Assembly: GCA_028715965.1 (NCBI GenBank)
Contig: JAQUQS010000004.1
Location: forward strand, 61,963 to 125,962
Direction of reading: 5' to 3'
Length of the DNA stretch: 64,000 bases
From: Candidatus Omnitrophota bacterium
GTDB lineage: Bacteria; Omnitrophota; Gorgyraeia; Tantalellales; Tantalellaceae
Shown: positions 30,733-39,541 of the stretch, one piece after another
Position numbering within the stretch: position 1 is the stretch's first letter
Layout: every line of letters begins with the position of its first letter
Position numbers and translations under genes: made by a program
The notes under the pieces: model-generated
Database searches by the model: none
What the model saw: the letters and a program-made list of their open reading frames with translations, nothing else
What the model was told of the DNA's origin: nothing

Positions 30733-30912
30733 ATGCGTAGAAAAAACAGATTTGATTTTTATGCCACGGTATCTGACCGTGGGCAAATATTCATTCCAAA
30801 GGCGTTGCAGAGGTATTTCGGCATAACTTCGAGGGACAAGGTAGCCTTTACCGTGACGGATGACGGCAAGGTAGTGTTCAATAAAAAAAGGGGAGGGGAC
30901 AATGAACAATAA
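30733..30912 (+). CDS. AbrB/MazE/SpoVT-family swapped-hairpin DNA-binding protein (59 aa)
   Basis: AGGTGG RBS then ATG. ..TVSDRGQIFIPKALQRYFGITSRDKVAFTVTDDGKVVF.. matches the looped-hinge AbrB/MazE pattern. The longer ORF-track start at 30703 would overlap the promoter. Confidence 0.6.
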   Translation: MRRKNRFDFYATVSDRGQIFIPKALQRYFGITSRDKVAFTVTDDGKVVFNKKRGGDNEQ

Positions 30913-31081
30913 AAAATACCAGCATCGCTGCGAGTTCGGCCGTGAGGATAAGTACTTCAAGCGTAACCGTAAAAGGCGGGATACGATACATGAAAGGGTC
31001 TTCAGCAAGAGCCTGCATGACATTTATAACCGTTACTACAAGGAACAGGTAGCGGCTCTTTACCGATCGCTTGAACAGTAA
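30902..31081 (+). CDS. hypothetical small basic protein (59 aa); possible toxin-like partner of the AbrB-like gene
   Basis: Not in the ORF track (<60 aa). GGGAGGGG RBS. Start overlaps the AbrB-like stop by 11 nt. K/R-rich: MNNKKYQHRCEFGREDKYFKRNRKRRD... Confidence 0.3.
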   Translation: MNNKKYQHRCEFGREDKYFKRNRKRRDTIHERVFSKSLHDIYNRYYKEQVAALYRSLEQ

Positions 31082-31101
31082 CGCCTACTTACGGAGGAAG
31101 A

Positions 31102-31254
31102 ATGCTGTACAGAACGGTTATTGAAATTATTTGTGATGCCGCCAATGAAGATGAAGCCTGCCATACCGCCGGTGAATACCTGCGCGGGAATGAGGAGTTC
31201 GGCATTGAGATGCGGTTCAAGGCTGTGCCGATCTTAGGACTCCAGAGACCATAA
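31102..31254 (+). CDS. hypothetical small acidic protein (50 aa)
   Basis: GGAGGA RBS at 31093-31098, 3 nt before the ATG. No recognisable family. Confidence 0.25.
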   Translation: MLYRTVIEIICDAANEDEACHTAGEYLRGNEEFGIEMRFKAVPILGLQRP

Positions 31255-31436
31255 GATCATAATAGCGAGGAAAGTCCGAATTTCTGGTCGGACCTTCAAA
31301 AACACACTTTCTTGTTAAAAACTTTGCAAAACAAGCCTTGGGATATCCGTTTTTGATGATTGAATTTTCATCCCTATCATAATATAATAGGAGCTTAATA
31401 TATGCCTGGGTGAAAAGTAAGGAGGAGAAGATAGTA

Positions 31437-32651
31437 ATGGATTTACAGAAAAAGCTGGATATCGCAAAGGAACGTTTTGGTGTATTGTTGGAAGAACAGC
31501 TTGCACGTGTGGAGGAAATGAAAAAGAACGCGGGCTGGGTAGAATACAAAGAGCTTAAACCCATTTTGATAGGTGTGTGCTGGGGTGACGGGATAGGGAG
31601 GATCATCTCAAAACACGCCCAGAGAGTGCTTGAACATATGCTTGAGGAAGATTGCCGGAAAGGCAACATAGAGTTCAGGCAGATAGAAGGTCTTACTATA
31701 GAGAATCGGGCGGAGTGCCGTAAAGCCATACCCGACGATGTCCTGGCCGAGATCAAGAGCTGTCATGTGATATTGAAGGGGCCTACCACCACGCCGCAGG
31801 CCGGGGATGAATGGCCGAATATTGAAAGCGCGAACGTGGCCATGAGGAGAGAGCTAGACCTGTTCGCTAACGTGAGACCGGTCAAAATACCCGCGGAAGG
31901 TGTGGACTGGTGTTTCTTCCGAGAGAACACGGAAGGGGCTTATGTTCTGGGGTCCAGGGGGATAGATGTGACGGATGACCTAAGTGTCGATTTCAAGGTC
32001 ATCACGGAGCAGGGGGCTGAAAGGATAATAAGGCTGGCGTTCGAGTATGCCAGGAAGAATGGGCTAAAAAGGGTGACCGCGGTGACAAAAGCAAATGTGG
32101 TCAAGGCCACGGACGGCCGATTCTCCCGCATGGCGAAGAAGGTCGGGGAAGAATATGAACAATACGGGATCACGCAGGACGAATGGTATATTGATATCAT
32201 GACCGCAAAACTCCTGGATCCCGCGCGGAGACGGGATTTCCAGGTAATTGTGCTGCCCAACCTATACGGTGATATCCTTACCGATGAGGCGGCCCAGCTT
32301 CAGGGCGGGGTCGGCACGGCCGGCAGCGCGAATATAGGTAAGAGATGGGCGATGTTCGAGGCGATACATGGCAGCGCTCCCAGGATGGTCAAGGAAGGAC
32401 GTGATATTTACGCGGACCCCTCTTCCATGATCAGGGCTAGCGCTATGCTGCTTCGGCATATCGGATATCCCGTTAAGGCGGACAGGCTCGATATGGCTTT
32501 GGAAATATGTGGCCAGTTCGAGAAGAAGGTCGTATTGACAGGTAGGGATACCGGGGCTACAGGTGAAGAATTGACATCCTATATACTCGATTGGGTAGGG
32601 AGGTCGGACCTTGAGGAAAAATGGAAAGGTTACGCGGGAGTGGCAAAATGA
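31437..32651 (+). CDS. isocitrate/isopropylmalate dehydrogenase family protein (isocitrate dehydrogenase-like)
   Basis: AAGGAGGAG RBS before ATG at 31437; the track's GTG at 31410 is less likely. Motifs ..LKGPTTTP.. and ..NLYGDILTDEAAQLQGGVG.. are hallmarks of the beta-decarboxylating dehydrogenase family. Confidence 0.7.
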   Translation: MDLQKKLDIAKERFGVLLEEQLARVEEMKKNAGWVEYKELKPILIGVCWGDGIGRIISKHAQRVLEHMLEEDCRKGNIEFRQIEGLTIENRAECRKAIPDDVLAEIKSCHVILKGPTTTPQAGDEWPNIESANVAMRRELDLFANVRPVKIPAEGVDWCFFRENTEGAYVLGSRGIDVTDDLSVDFKVITEQGAERIIRLAFEYARKNGLKRVTAVTKANVVKATDGRFSRMAKKVGEEYEQYGITQDEWYIDIMTAKLLDPARRRDFQVIVLPNLYGDILTDEAAQLQGGVGTAGSANIGKRWAMFEAIHGSAPRMVKEGRDIYADPSSMIRASAMLLRHIGYPVKADRLDMALEICGQFEKKVVLTGRDTGATGEELTSYILDWVGRSDLEEKWKGYAGVAK

Positions 32652-34225
32652 CGCGGATGATATCAAAAGCCGGAGCTCTGGCGGCAAAGCGTGACGGGAT
32701 ACTCGTAATAGATTTCGGGTCACAGTATGTACAGCTCATAGCAAGACGTATACGCGAGAACAAAGTGCATTCAGTCGTAGATTCCCCGGATATCACGATA
32801 GAAAAAATAAAGAGGCTTAATCCCTGCGGGATAATACTTTCCGGGGGGCCGTCCAGTGTGTATGACCGCAAAGCCCCTACTTTTCACAGGGCTATGCTCG
32901 AGCTCGGCATTCCGGTGCTCGGCATATGTTATGGCATGCAGATCGTCGGTAAAAGGCTCGGCGGGAAGATAAAGAAGAGCGGCAAACGCGAATATGGACG
33001 TACCCTTGTCAAATTCAAGACCTCTAACAGCCTTTTCTCGGGTCTTTCGGGTGAAAGTGTTACCTGGATGAGCCACATGGATAAGGTGGTTAAACTGCCG
33101 GAAGGTTTTCGTGCCATCGCGTCAAGCGAGAACACGACATGCGCGGCTTTTTGCGACCCGGCGAAGAAAATATACGGCGTCCAATTCCATCCCGAGGTCA
33201 TACATACGGCCGAAGGGGAAAAGGTCCTCAGGAATTTCCTTTTCAAGGTATGCGGGTGTAAGCGTAACTGGACCATGCGCTCCTTTATCGAACGCAAGAT
33301 AAGCGAGATAAGCGAGCAGGTCGGGAACAAGCATGTGGTGCTTGGCCTTTCGGGAGGAGTGGATTCAACGGTAAGCGCTGTGCTTCTCCATCGCGCGATA
33401 GGGAACCGGTTGCATTGCATATTCGTCGATAACGGCCTCTTGAGAAAAGATGAGGCTGAACGTGTGGAAAAACTTTTCAAAAAGAACATCAAACTGGACC
33501 TGCGTGTGGTCAAGGCCGAAAAACGTTTTCTTGATGAGCTTAGAGGGGTAACGGACCCGGAAAAGAAGCGTAAGATAATCGGCAGGGTATTCGTTGAGGT
33601 GTTCGAAGAGAGCGCGGGCAAGATAAAGAACGCAGAGTTCCTGGCGCAGGGCACATTGTACCCGGATATAATAGAATCCCGATCCTTCTTCGGCGGCCCC
33701 AGCAAAACAATAAAATCCCATCATAATGTTGGCGGGCTTCCGGAAAAAATGGGGCTTAAACTGGTAGAGCCGCTCAGGGAGCTTTTTAAGGACGAGGTCC
33801 GTAAGGTCGGGGACGAGCTCGGTATACCGAAAGAGGTAACGGCCAGGCAGCCGTTCCCGGGTCCAGGTCTCGCCGTAAGAATAGTGGGAGAGATCACCAA
33901 GGATCGCTTGAACACGCTTAAAGAAGCGGACTGGATCATCATCGATATTGCTAAGAAAGCCGGGATATACGATAAGACATGGCAGATCTTCGGGGTTTTT
34001 CTGCCTGTCAAAAGCGTGGGGGTGATGGGTGACGGGCGTACCTATGAGAACGCGATAGCCATACGCGCGGTGACCAGCGTGGATGGTATGACCGCGGATT
34101 GGGCCAGGATCCCTTATGGTGTTCTCGCGGAAATGTCGAACCGTATCATAAATCAGGTCGAGGGCATAAATCGTGTAGTTTTTGACATAAGTTCAAAACC
34201 GCCCAGTACCATAGAATGGGAATAA
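32648..34225 (+). CDS. guaA: GMP synthase (glutamine-hydrolysing)
   Basis: GATase (..ILVIDFGSQYVQLIARRIRE..GICYGMQ..) plus an ATP-PPase domain (..VVLGLSGGVDSTVSA..) and a C-terminal dimerisation domain. Start set at the ATG that overlaps the upstream stop (ATGA); the track's 32621 is also possible. Confidence 0.88.
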   Translation: MTRMISKAGALAAKRDGILVIDFGSQYVQLIARRIRENKVHSVVDSPDITIEKIKRLNPCGIILSGGPSSVYDRKAPTFHRAMLELGIPVLGICYGMQIVGKRLGGKIKKSGKREYGRTLVKFKTSNSLFSGLSGESVTWMSHMDKVVKLPEGFRAIASSENTTCAAFCDPAKKIYGVQFHPEVIHTAEGEKVLRNFLFKVCGCKRNWTMRSFIERKISEISEQVGNKHVVLGLSGGVDSTVSAVLLHRAIGNRLHCIFVDNGLLRKDEAERVEKLFKKNIKLDLRVVKAEKRFLDELRGVTDPEKKRKIIGRVFVEVFEESAGKIKNAEFLAQGTLYPDIIESRSFFGGPSKTIKSHHNVGGLPEKMGLKLVEPLRELFKDEVRKVGDELGIPKEVTARQPFPGPGLAVRIVGEITKDRLNTLKEADWIIIDIAKKAGIYDKTWQIFGVFLPVKSVGVMGDGRTYENAIAIRAVTSVDGMTADWARIPYGVLAEMSNRIINQVEGINRVVFDISSKPPSTIEWE

Positions 34226-34242
34226 CAGCATAAAGGCAGGAC

Positions 34243-37122
34243 ATGGAACACGCGCGAATAGAGGTGCGGGACAAAGAGGGCATTTATGACGCCGTAGCCG
34301 AGGGCCTCAAGACCGAGATAAACGACATCGGCATCAAGGGCGTCAAGGACGTGGAATATATCCAGGTCTATACGCTTGCAGGGGACTTCTCTGCCGGGGA
34401 GCTCAGGAAAATAGCGCTTGATATCCTGACCGATAAGATCTCCCAGGAGTGTGATTTCACCGGAGGGTATGTTCCTCGCGGGGGGAAGCACCATATAGTT
34501 GAGATAGCGTATAACCCCGGGGTAATGGACCCTGTGGAAGAGAGCGCGATGAAATCGATAAGGGACATCGGCGTTGCCGGGATCACGTCTGTGAGGACTT
34601 CCAAGAAATATATCATATCCGGCACGGTTTCGCCGCGTAATGTCAGAACGATCACGGAAAGTCTTCTCTACAACAAGATAATACAACATGTCGTGACAGA
34701 AAAAGAACGCGAGAAGGATATAAAGCCCTATGAGTTCAGTGAAGTAACGGTCGACATGCTGGGGCTTGACGATAAGGGACTCCTTGAACTGTCGCGTGAA
34801 GGGCAACTTTATCTCAATCTTCTGGAGATGCGGGCCATACAGGAACATTTTCGCCGGATCGGACGTAACCCGACCGATTGTGAACTGGAGACCATCGCGC
34901 AGACATGGAGCGAACATTGCAAGCATAAGACCATGATGGGCAGCATTCGCTATAACGGCAAGATGATAAAGAACCTTCTCAAGGATACTGTGATGAGGGT
35001 GACCCGCGAACTGGACAGATCCTGGTGCGTGTCCGTTTTCAAGGATAACGCGGGGATAATACGGTTCGACGGGAAGAACGATATATGTTTCAAGGTCGAG
35101 ACGCATAACCATCCCTCGGCCCTTGAGCCTTATGGTGGCTCGGAGACCGGTATCGGCGGGGTGTTGCGTGATCCCATGGGCACCGGGCGGGGGGCCAAGC
35201 CGATAATAAACACGGATGTCTTCTGCTTCGGGATGCCGGACATGAAAAGGAGTTCGGTCCCTAAAGGAGCTTTGCATCCCAAAAGAGTGATGAAAGGCGT
35301 CGTAAGCGGGGTGCGTGATTACGGCAATAAGATGGGCATTCCGACCGTGAACGGGGCTGTTTGTTATGACGCGAGGTATACGGGGAATCCGCTAGTGTTC
35401 TGCGGGAACGTAGGTATACTGCCCCATAAGTTCTCGACAAAAAAAGTTTCGACCGGCGACCTTATAGTTGTAGTTGGCGGGAAGACCGGACGGGATGGTA
35501 TACACGGAGCCACTTTCTCTTCCGCCGAACTCACGTCGGAGTCAGAGACCATTTCCTCTACAGCTGTACAGATCGGGAATCCCATAACCGAAAAAAAGGT
35601 GCTGGATACCCTTATCAAGGCCAGGGATATGGGACTTTATGAGGCGATAACCGATTGTGGTGCCGGTGGTTTTTCCAGTGCCGTTGGCGAAATGGGGGAA
35701 GAGACCGGGGCAGAGGTGCACCTGGACAAGGCGCCGTTGAAGTATAAGGGGCTTAAACCCTGGGAAATATGGGTTTCGGAGGCCCAGGAAAGAATGGTGC
35801 TGGCCGTACGTCCGCGAAAACTCAAGGCGTTGATGAAGGTCTTCGAGAGTGAGGATGTCGAGGCCACCGTTATAGGGCGGTTCACCGATACCAAGAAGCT
35901 TAAGTTGTGTTACAGGGGGCATACGGTCGCGGATATTGATATGTCGTTCATACATGACGGCATTCCGCGCCTTATAAGGAATGCGGTATGGAAACCTCGC
36001 AAGGCCGCTCCTGCCAGTGCCAGCCCTGAGAAAAAGGACTATACAAGGGACTTGGTCAAAATACTCTCGAGTTGGAACGTGTGTAGTAAAGAATGGGTGA
36101 TCAGGCAGTATGACCATGAGGTGCAAGGAGGTAGTGTCCTGAAACCTCTTGTTGGCAGGAACAACGATGGCCCTTCGGACGCGTCGGTCACGAAGCCTCT
36201 TTTCGACAGTAACAAGGGCATAGCTCTTTCCAACGGCATAAACCCCCTGTATGGCGATATAGATCCATATTGGATGGCCGCAAGCGCCATTGATGAGTCC
36301 ATGCGTCAGCTGGTATCGGTAGGTTGTGACCCGTCCAGGATAGCTCTACTGGATAATTTCTGTTGGGGCAATACGGACAATCCCGAACAGTTGGGGGCGC
36401 TGGTAAGGGCTTCAAAGGCCTGTTATGACATGGCCAGCGTTTTCGGAACGCCGTTCATTTCCGGCAAGGATAGCCTTAATAATGAGTTCAATACGGGCAA
36501 AGGCAGGGTGGCCATACCATATACTCTTCTCATATCGGCCATAGGGGTCGTGAACGATGTCAGGAAGACCATTTCCATGGATGTAAAGGAACCTGGTAAC
36601 GACCTATATATCGTAGGTAAGACGTTCAACGAGATGGGCGGATCCCATTTCCATTTAGTGAATCGCAGAAAAGGCGGGGATGTCCCCAGGGTGGAGCCGA
36701 AAAGGGCCATGAAGGCTATGGAACGCCTGTACACCGCGATAACCGATGGACTGGTGGTCTCGTGCCATGATTGCTCTGAGGGCGGCATGGCCGTGGCTCT
36801 TTCCGAAATGCTTTTCGCTGGCGCGTATGGCGCGGACGTTTCTTTGTCAGGGATGCCGAGAGGGAGTGGAGCGGGCAGGGACGATGTGTTGCTTTTCTCT
36901 GAATCCAACTCGCGGTTTATTGTCGAAGTGCCGTCCGGGCGCGGGAAAGAGTTCGAACATCTTATGAAGGATGCGCCTGTTGGCTTCCTTGGGACCACTC
37001 GGGCGGACGATAGATTGACCATTAAAGGGCTTGGCGGCAGGTCCGTCGTCAAGTCCGGGCTGGATCCTCTGAGGTCGGCATGGAAAGGACCGTTGAAAAG
37101 GTTGATGCATGAAAAAAATTAA
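34243..37122 (+). CDS. purL: phosphoribosylformylglycinamidine synthase subunit PurL with two PurS-like repeats fused at the N-terminus
   Basis: Two PurS-like units in the first 150 aa (..IEVRDKEGIYDAVAEGL..VKDVEYIQVYTL.. and ..IAYNPGVMDPVEESAMKSIRDIGVAGITSVRTSKKYIISG..). Followed by a small-PurL AIR-synthase-related body (..VETHNHPSALEPYGGSETGIGG..). Confidence 0.85.
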   Translation: MEHARIEVRDKEGIYDAVAEGLKTEINDIGIKGVKDVEYIQVYTLAGDFSAGELRKIALDILTDKISQECDFTGGYVPRGGKHHIVEIAYNPGVMDPVEESAMKSIRDIGVAGITSVRTSKKYIISGTVSPRNVRTITESLLYNKIIQHVVTEKEREKDIKPYEFSEVTVDMLGLDDKGLLELSREGQLYLNLLEMRAIQEHFRRIGRNPTDCELETIAQTWSEHCKHKTMMGSIRYNGKMIKNLLKDTVMRVTRELDRSWCVSVFKDNAGIIRFDGKNDICFKVETHNHPSALEPYGGSETGIGGVLRDPMGTGRGAKPIINTDVFCFGMPDMKRSSVPKGALHPKRVMKGVVSGVRDYGNKMGIPTVNGAVCYDARYTGNPLVFCGNVGILPHKFSTKKVSTGDLIVVVGGKTGRDGIHGATFSSAELTSESETISSTAVQIGNPITEKKVLDTLIKARDMGLYEAITDCGAGGFSSAVGEMGEETGAEVHLDKAPLKYKGLKPWEIWVSEAQERMVLAVRPRKLKALMKVFESEDVEATVIGRFTDTKKLKLCYRGHTVADIDMSFIHDGIPRLIRNAVWKPRKAAPASASPEKKDYTRDLVKILSSWNVCSKEWVIRQYDHEVQGGSVLKPLVGRNNDGPSDASVTKPLFDSNKGIALSNGINPLYGDIDPYWMAASAIDESMRQLVSVGCDPSRIALLDNFCWGNTDNPEQLGALVRASKACYDMASVFGTPFISGKDSLNNEFNTGKGRVAIPYTLLISAIGVVNDVRKTISMDVKEPGNDLYIVGKTFNEMGGSHFHLVNRRKGGDVPRVEPKRAMKAMERLYTAITDGLVVSCHDCSEGGMAVALSEMLFAGAYGADVSLSGMPRGSGAGRDDVLLFSESNSRFIVEVPSGRGKEFEHLMKDAPVGFLGTTRADDRLTIKGLGGRSVVKSGLDPLRSAWKGPLKRLMHEKN

Positions 37123-37909
37123 GACCATTATTTTGCGTACCGCCGGGACTAATTGTGACAATGAGACCGTTCACGCGTTCAGATCCGCTGGAGGGGATGT
37201 GGAATCCATCCACATAAACGCGTTGACGAAAGACCGGAAATATCTTGAGAAAGCCTCCATATTAGCTATCCCGGGCGGGTTCACTTACGGTGATGATGTG
37301 GGCAGCGGGAAGATACTCGCGAACGAGTTGAAGTCCAGGTTGAATTCCGAACTACAGAGGTTCATATCAGACGGGAAACTTATTATAGGCATATGTAACG
37401 GGTTCCAGGTGCTTGTGAAAATGGGGCTTTTGCCGGCGGTAAGGCCGCATTCCGGGTTCGATGTGCAGGCTACGCTCTGCCTGAACGATTCCGGGAAGTT
37501 TTTCGACAAATGGGTCTATCTGAGAACCGCCCGCGAAACCCGATGTGTCTGGACTAAGGATATGCCGGATGTGGTAAATTTGCCAATCGCGCATGCAGAA
37601 GGTAAATTTATACCGAAGAACGATAGTGTCCTGCAAAAATTAAAAAAGAACGGCCAGGTCGTTTTCAGGTATACGGATGTGACGGGGGCCCTTGCGGGGT
37701 ATCCTCATAACCCTAACGGGTCCGTTGACGATATCGCGGGAGTATGTGACCCGACGGGGCGTATACTAGGCATGATGCCTCATCCGGAGCGACATATGAC
37801 GTATCTCCAGCATCCTAACTGGAGGAGAAAGGACGTGGATCGTAAAGGGCTTGGGATTGGCGCTGAAATATTCCGTAATGGGGTCGAGTTCGCGAAAAAA
37901 TATCTTTAA
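37109..37909 (+). CDS. purQ: phosphoribosylformylglycinamidine synthase glutaminase subunit
   Basis: GATase-1 fold (..LAIPGGFTYGDD..GICNGFQVL..MPHPER..). Overlaps purL by 14 nt. Confidence 0.85.
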   Translation: MKKIKTIILRTAGTNCDNETVHAFRSAGGDVESIHINALTKDRKYLEKASILAIPGGFTYGDDVGSGKILANELKSRLNSELQRFISDGKLIIGICNGFQVLVKMGLLPAVRPHSGFDVQATLCLNDSGKFFDKWVYLRTARETRCVWTKDMPDVVNLPIAHAEGKFIPKNDSVLQKLKKNGQVVFRYTDVTGALAGYPHNPNGSVDDIAGVCDPTGRILGMMPHPERHMTYLQHPNWRRKDVDRKGLGIGAEIFRNGVEFAKKYL

Positions 37910-37913
37910 ACGT

Positions 37914-38591
37914 ATGCAGGAGGATAGATTGAAAAAGGTCAATATCGGACAAGATCTGATGAATGACGACCCGTGGCGCGTGTTTCGCATCATGAGCGAA
38001 TTCGTCGACGGGTTCGAGACGTTGAAGAGCATAGACAAAGCTGTAAGTATATTCGGTTCAGCGAGGACCATGCCGGACAGCCCATACTATCAACTTGCGG
38101 AAGATACGGCCAGGGAGGCGGTAAAGAAAGGGTACGCGGTCATTACCGGCGGCGGTGGAGGGATAATGGAGGCCGGGAACAAGGGGGCTAAGTCCTCTAA
38201 GGGTCTTTCTGTGGGGCTTAATATCACGTTGCCCAGCGAGCAGAAGGCGAATAAGTTCATAACATTGCCGCTGGAATTCCGTTATTTTTTCGTGCGGAAA
38301 TTGATGTTCGCCAAATATACACGGGCTTTTATCGTATTTCCCGGCGGTTTCGGTACACTTGATGAGTTCTTCGAAGTGGTCACGTTGATACAGACGAAGA
38401 AGATAGATCCTATACCGGTAGTATTGGCGGGGAGTGACCACTGGAAAGGTTTGATGAAGTGGGTCAAAGATGTGCTTCTCCCGGGTGACATGATCGAGGC
38501 GGGAGATATGGACATATACAAGCTGATAGATCAGCCAAAAGAAATTATTGAATATGTTGATGAATTCTATGAAAGAAGGGGAGGGCTTTGA
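37914..38591 (+). CDS. LOG-family (TIGR00730) nucleotide-binding protein / cytokinin riboside 5'-monophosphate phosphoribohydrolase-like
   Basis: ..VSIFGSARTMPD..YAVITGGGGGIMEAGNKGA.. and ..IVFPGGFGTLDEFFEV.. match LOG motifs. Start chosen after the purQ stop. Confidence 0.75.
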   Translation: MQEDRLKKVNIGQDLMNDDPWRVFRIMSEFVDGFETLKSIDKAVSIFGSARTMPDSPYYQLAEDTAREAVKKGYAVITGGGGGIMEAGNKGAKSSKGLSVGLNITLPSEQKANKFITLPLEFRYFFVRKLMFAKYTRAFIVFPGGFGTLDEFFEVVTLIQTKKIDPIPVVLAGSDHWKGLMKWVKDVLLPGDMIEAGDMDIYKLIDQPKEIIEYVDEFYERRGGL

Positions 38592-38592
38592 T

Positions 38593-38979
38593 ATGCAGGC
38601 CGATTTTGAGGAAAAACGTGATTTTTTCAGGGTCGATCATGACGCACCTCTTAATTTCAAGGTGGTGAAGGGCGATAGCTTTTCTCATAAATCCGATATT
38701 TACGCCCGGAACGTGAGCGCGAGCGGATTGTTGTTCCGTACGGAAAAGGAATCTTCCGTGCCGGCGTTGTCCAGTATCGTGTGGATAGAGCTGGATCCCA
38801 AGATCATGAACATATGCCATGAGATAGAGGACGATCTGGTCACCCACAATAACGGCGTATTCGGCCGTGTCGTGCGGATCGCTGAAGGGGAACCCAATAA
38901 ATCGTATGATATCGGCATATGTTTCCTGCGGAAGAAGGACATATCGGAGCAGGACATGGCGATACTTTGTGAAACATAA
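38593..38979 (+). CDS. PilZ domain protein (c-di-GMP receptor candidate)
   Basis: AGGGGAGG RBS then ATG. RxxxR (KRDFFR) and D/NxSxGG (NVSASGLLF) PilZ signatures at canonical spacing. Confidence 0.6.
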   Translation: MQADFEEKRDFFRVDHDAPLNFKVVKGDSFSHKSDIYARNVSASGLLFRTEKESSVPALSSIVWIELDPKIMNICHEIEDDLVTHNNGVFGRVVRIAEGEPNKSYDIGICFLRKKDISEQDMAILCET

Positions 38980-38989
38980 AAGCGGGTGA

Positions 38990-39199
38990 ATGATGGAAAC
39001 ACTCAAGAGTTTTCTTATAGGGCTTATCGTCCTGTTTTTCGCGGCGGTGATATTTGTCGTCGTGTTCCTTACCTGGCCGATCTTGATAGGTATAAGTTCG
39101 CTGATACTGTCGGTATTCGCCGCGGTCTTATTCCTGGTGCTTTTGTTCTACATAGTCGTTCTTATCGGCCATCTTGTCAGGCGTATCACAAGGAAATGA
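38990..39199 (+). CDS. hypothetical small membrane protein (two TM helices)
   Basis: Strongly hydrophobic 69-aa ORF (..FLIGLIVLFFAAVIFVVVFL..) with a basic C-terminus. Occupies a different frame from the overlapping 165-aa track ORF. Confidence 0.35.
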   Translation: MMETLKSFLIGLIVLFFAAVIFVVVFLTWPILIGISSLILSVFAAVLFLVLLFYIVVLIGHLVRRITRK

Positions 39200-39204
39200 C
39201 CATA

Positions 39205-39483
39205 ATGAGCTATACTGAAGCATTAAGGGACGGGGAGCTTCGTTTTGAGGCGGTGTGTGCCAATTGCGGCGAATGCTGTGGCGCGTCCGATGACCCCTGC
39301 ACCAATCTCACGCGAACCGTGAACGGGAAATATACATGCCGGGCATATCTGGACCGATTGGGTCCGCAAAAGACCGTTTCCGGCAAAGTGTTCACGTGTG
39401 TTCCAATACGCGAACACATCCGGACGGATACTTTAAGGCCTAATTGCGCCTATCGAGCCTACGTTAAGTCAATAAATAGTTGA
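39205..39483 (+). CDS. YkgJ/UPF0153-family Cys-cluster protein (CxxCxxCC metal-binding motif)
   Basis: ..AVCANCGECCGASDDPC.. is the CxxCxxCC signature of the putative Zn/Fe-chelating domain family. Internal ATG of the 165-aa track ORF, placed just after the membrane-protein stop. Confidence 0.5.
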   Translation: MSYTEALRDGELRFEAVCANCGECCGASDDPCTNLTRTVNGKYTCRAYLDRLGPQKTVSGKVFTCVPIREHIRTDTLRPNCAYRAYVKSINS

Positions 39484-39541
39484 ATTTTCCAAAAAACGTA
39501 ATATAATGATGGTGCGGTCGGTGCATTCGTAAGGAGGCGAT

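Noticed and set aside
30703-30912. The longer 69-aa start for the AbrB-like gene (MLYTCSEVVD...).
   Set aside because: It would begin inside the -10 / +1 region of the consensus promoter. The internal ATG at 30733 has an AGGTGG RBS and gives a canonical AbrB-size protein.
38986-39483. The 165-aa ORF from the track (MNDGNTQEF...).
   Set aside because: Its first 70 codons overlap a much more plausible 2-TM miniprotein in another frame. Only the C-terminal 92 aa (from ATG 39205) carry a recognisable CxxCxxCC domain. It is split into two small genes here.
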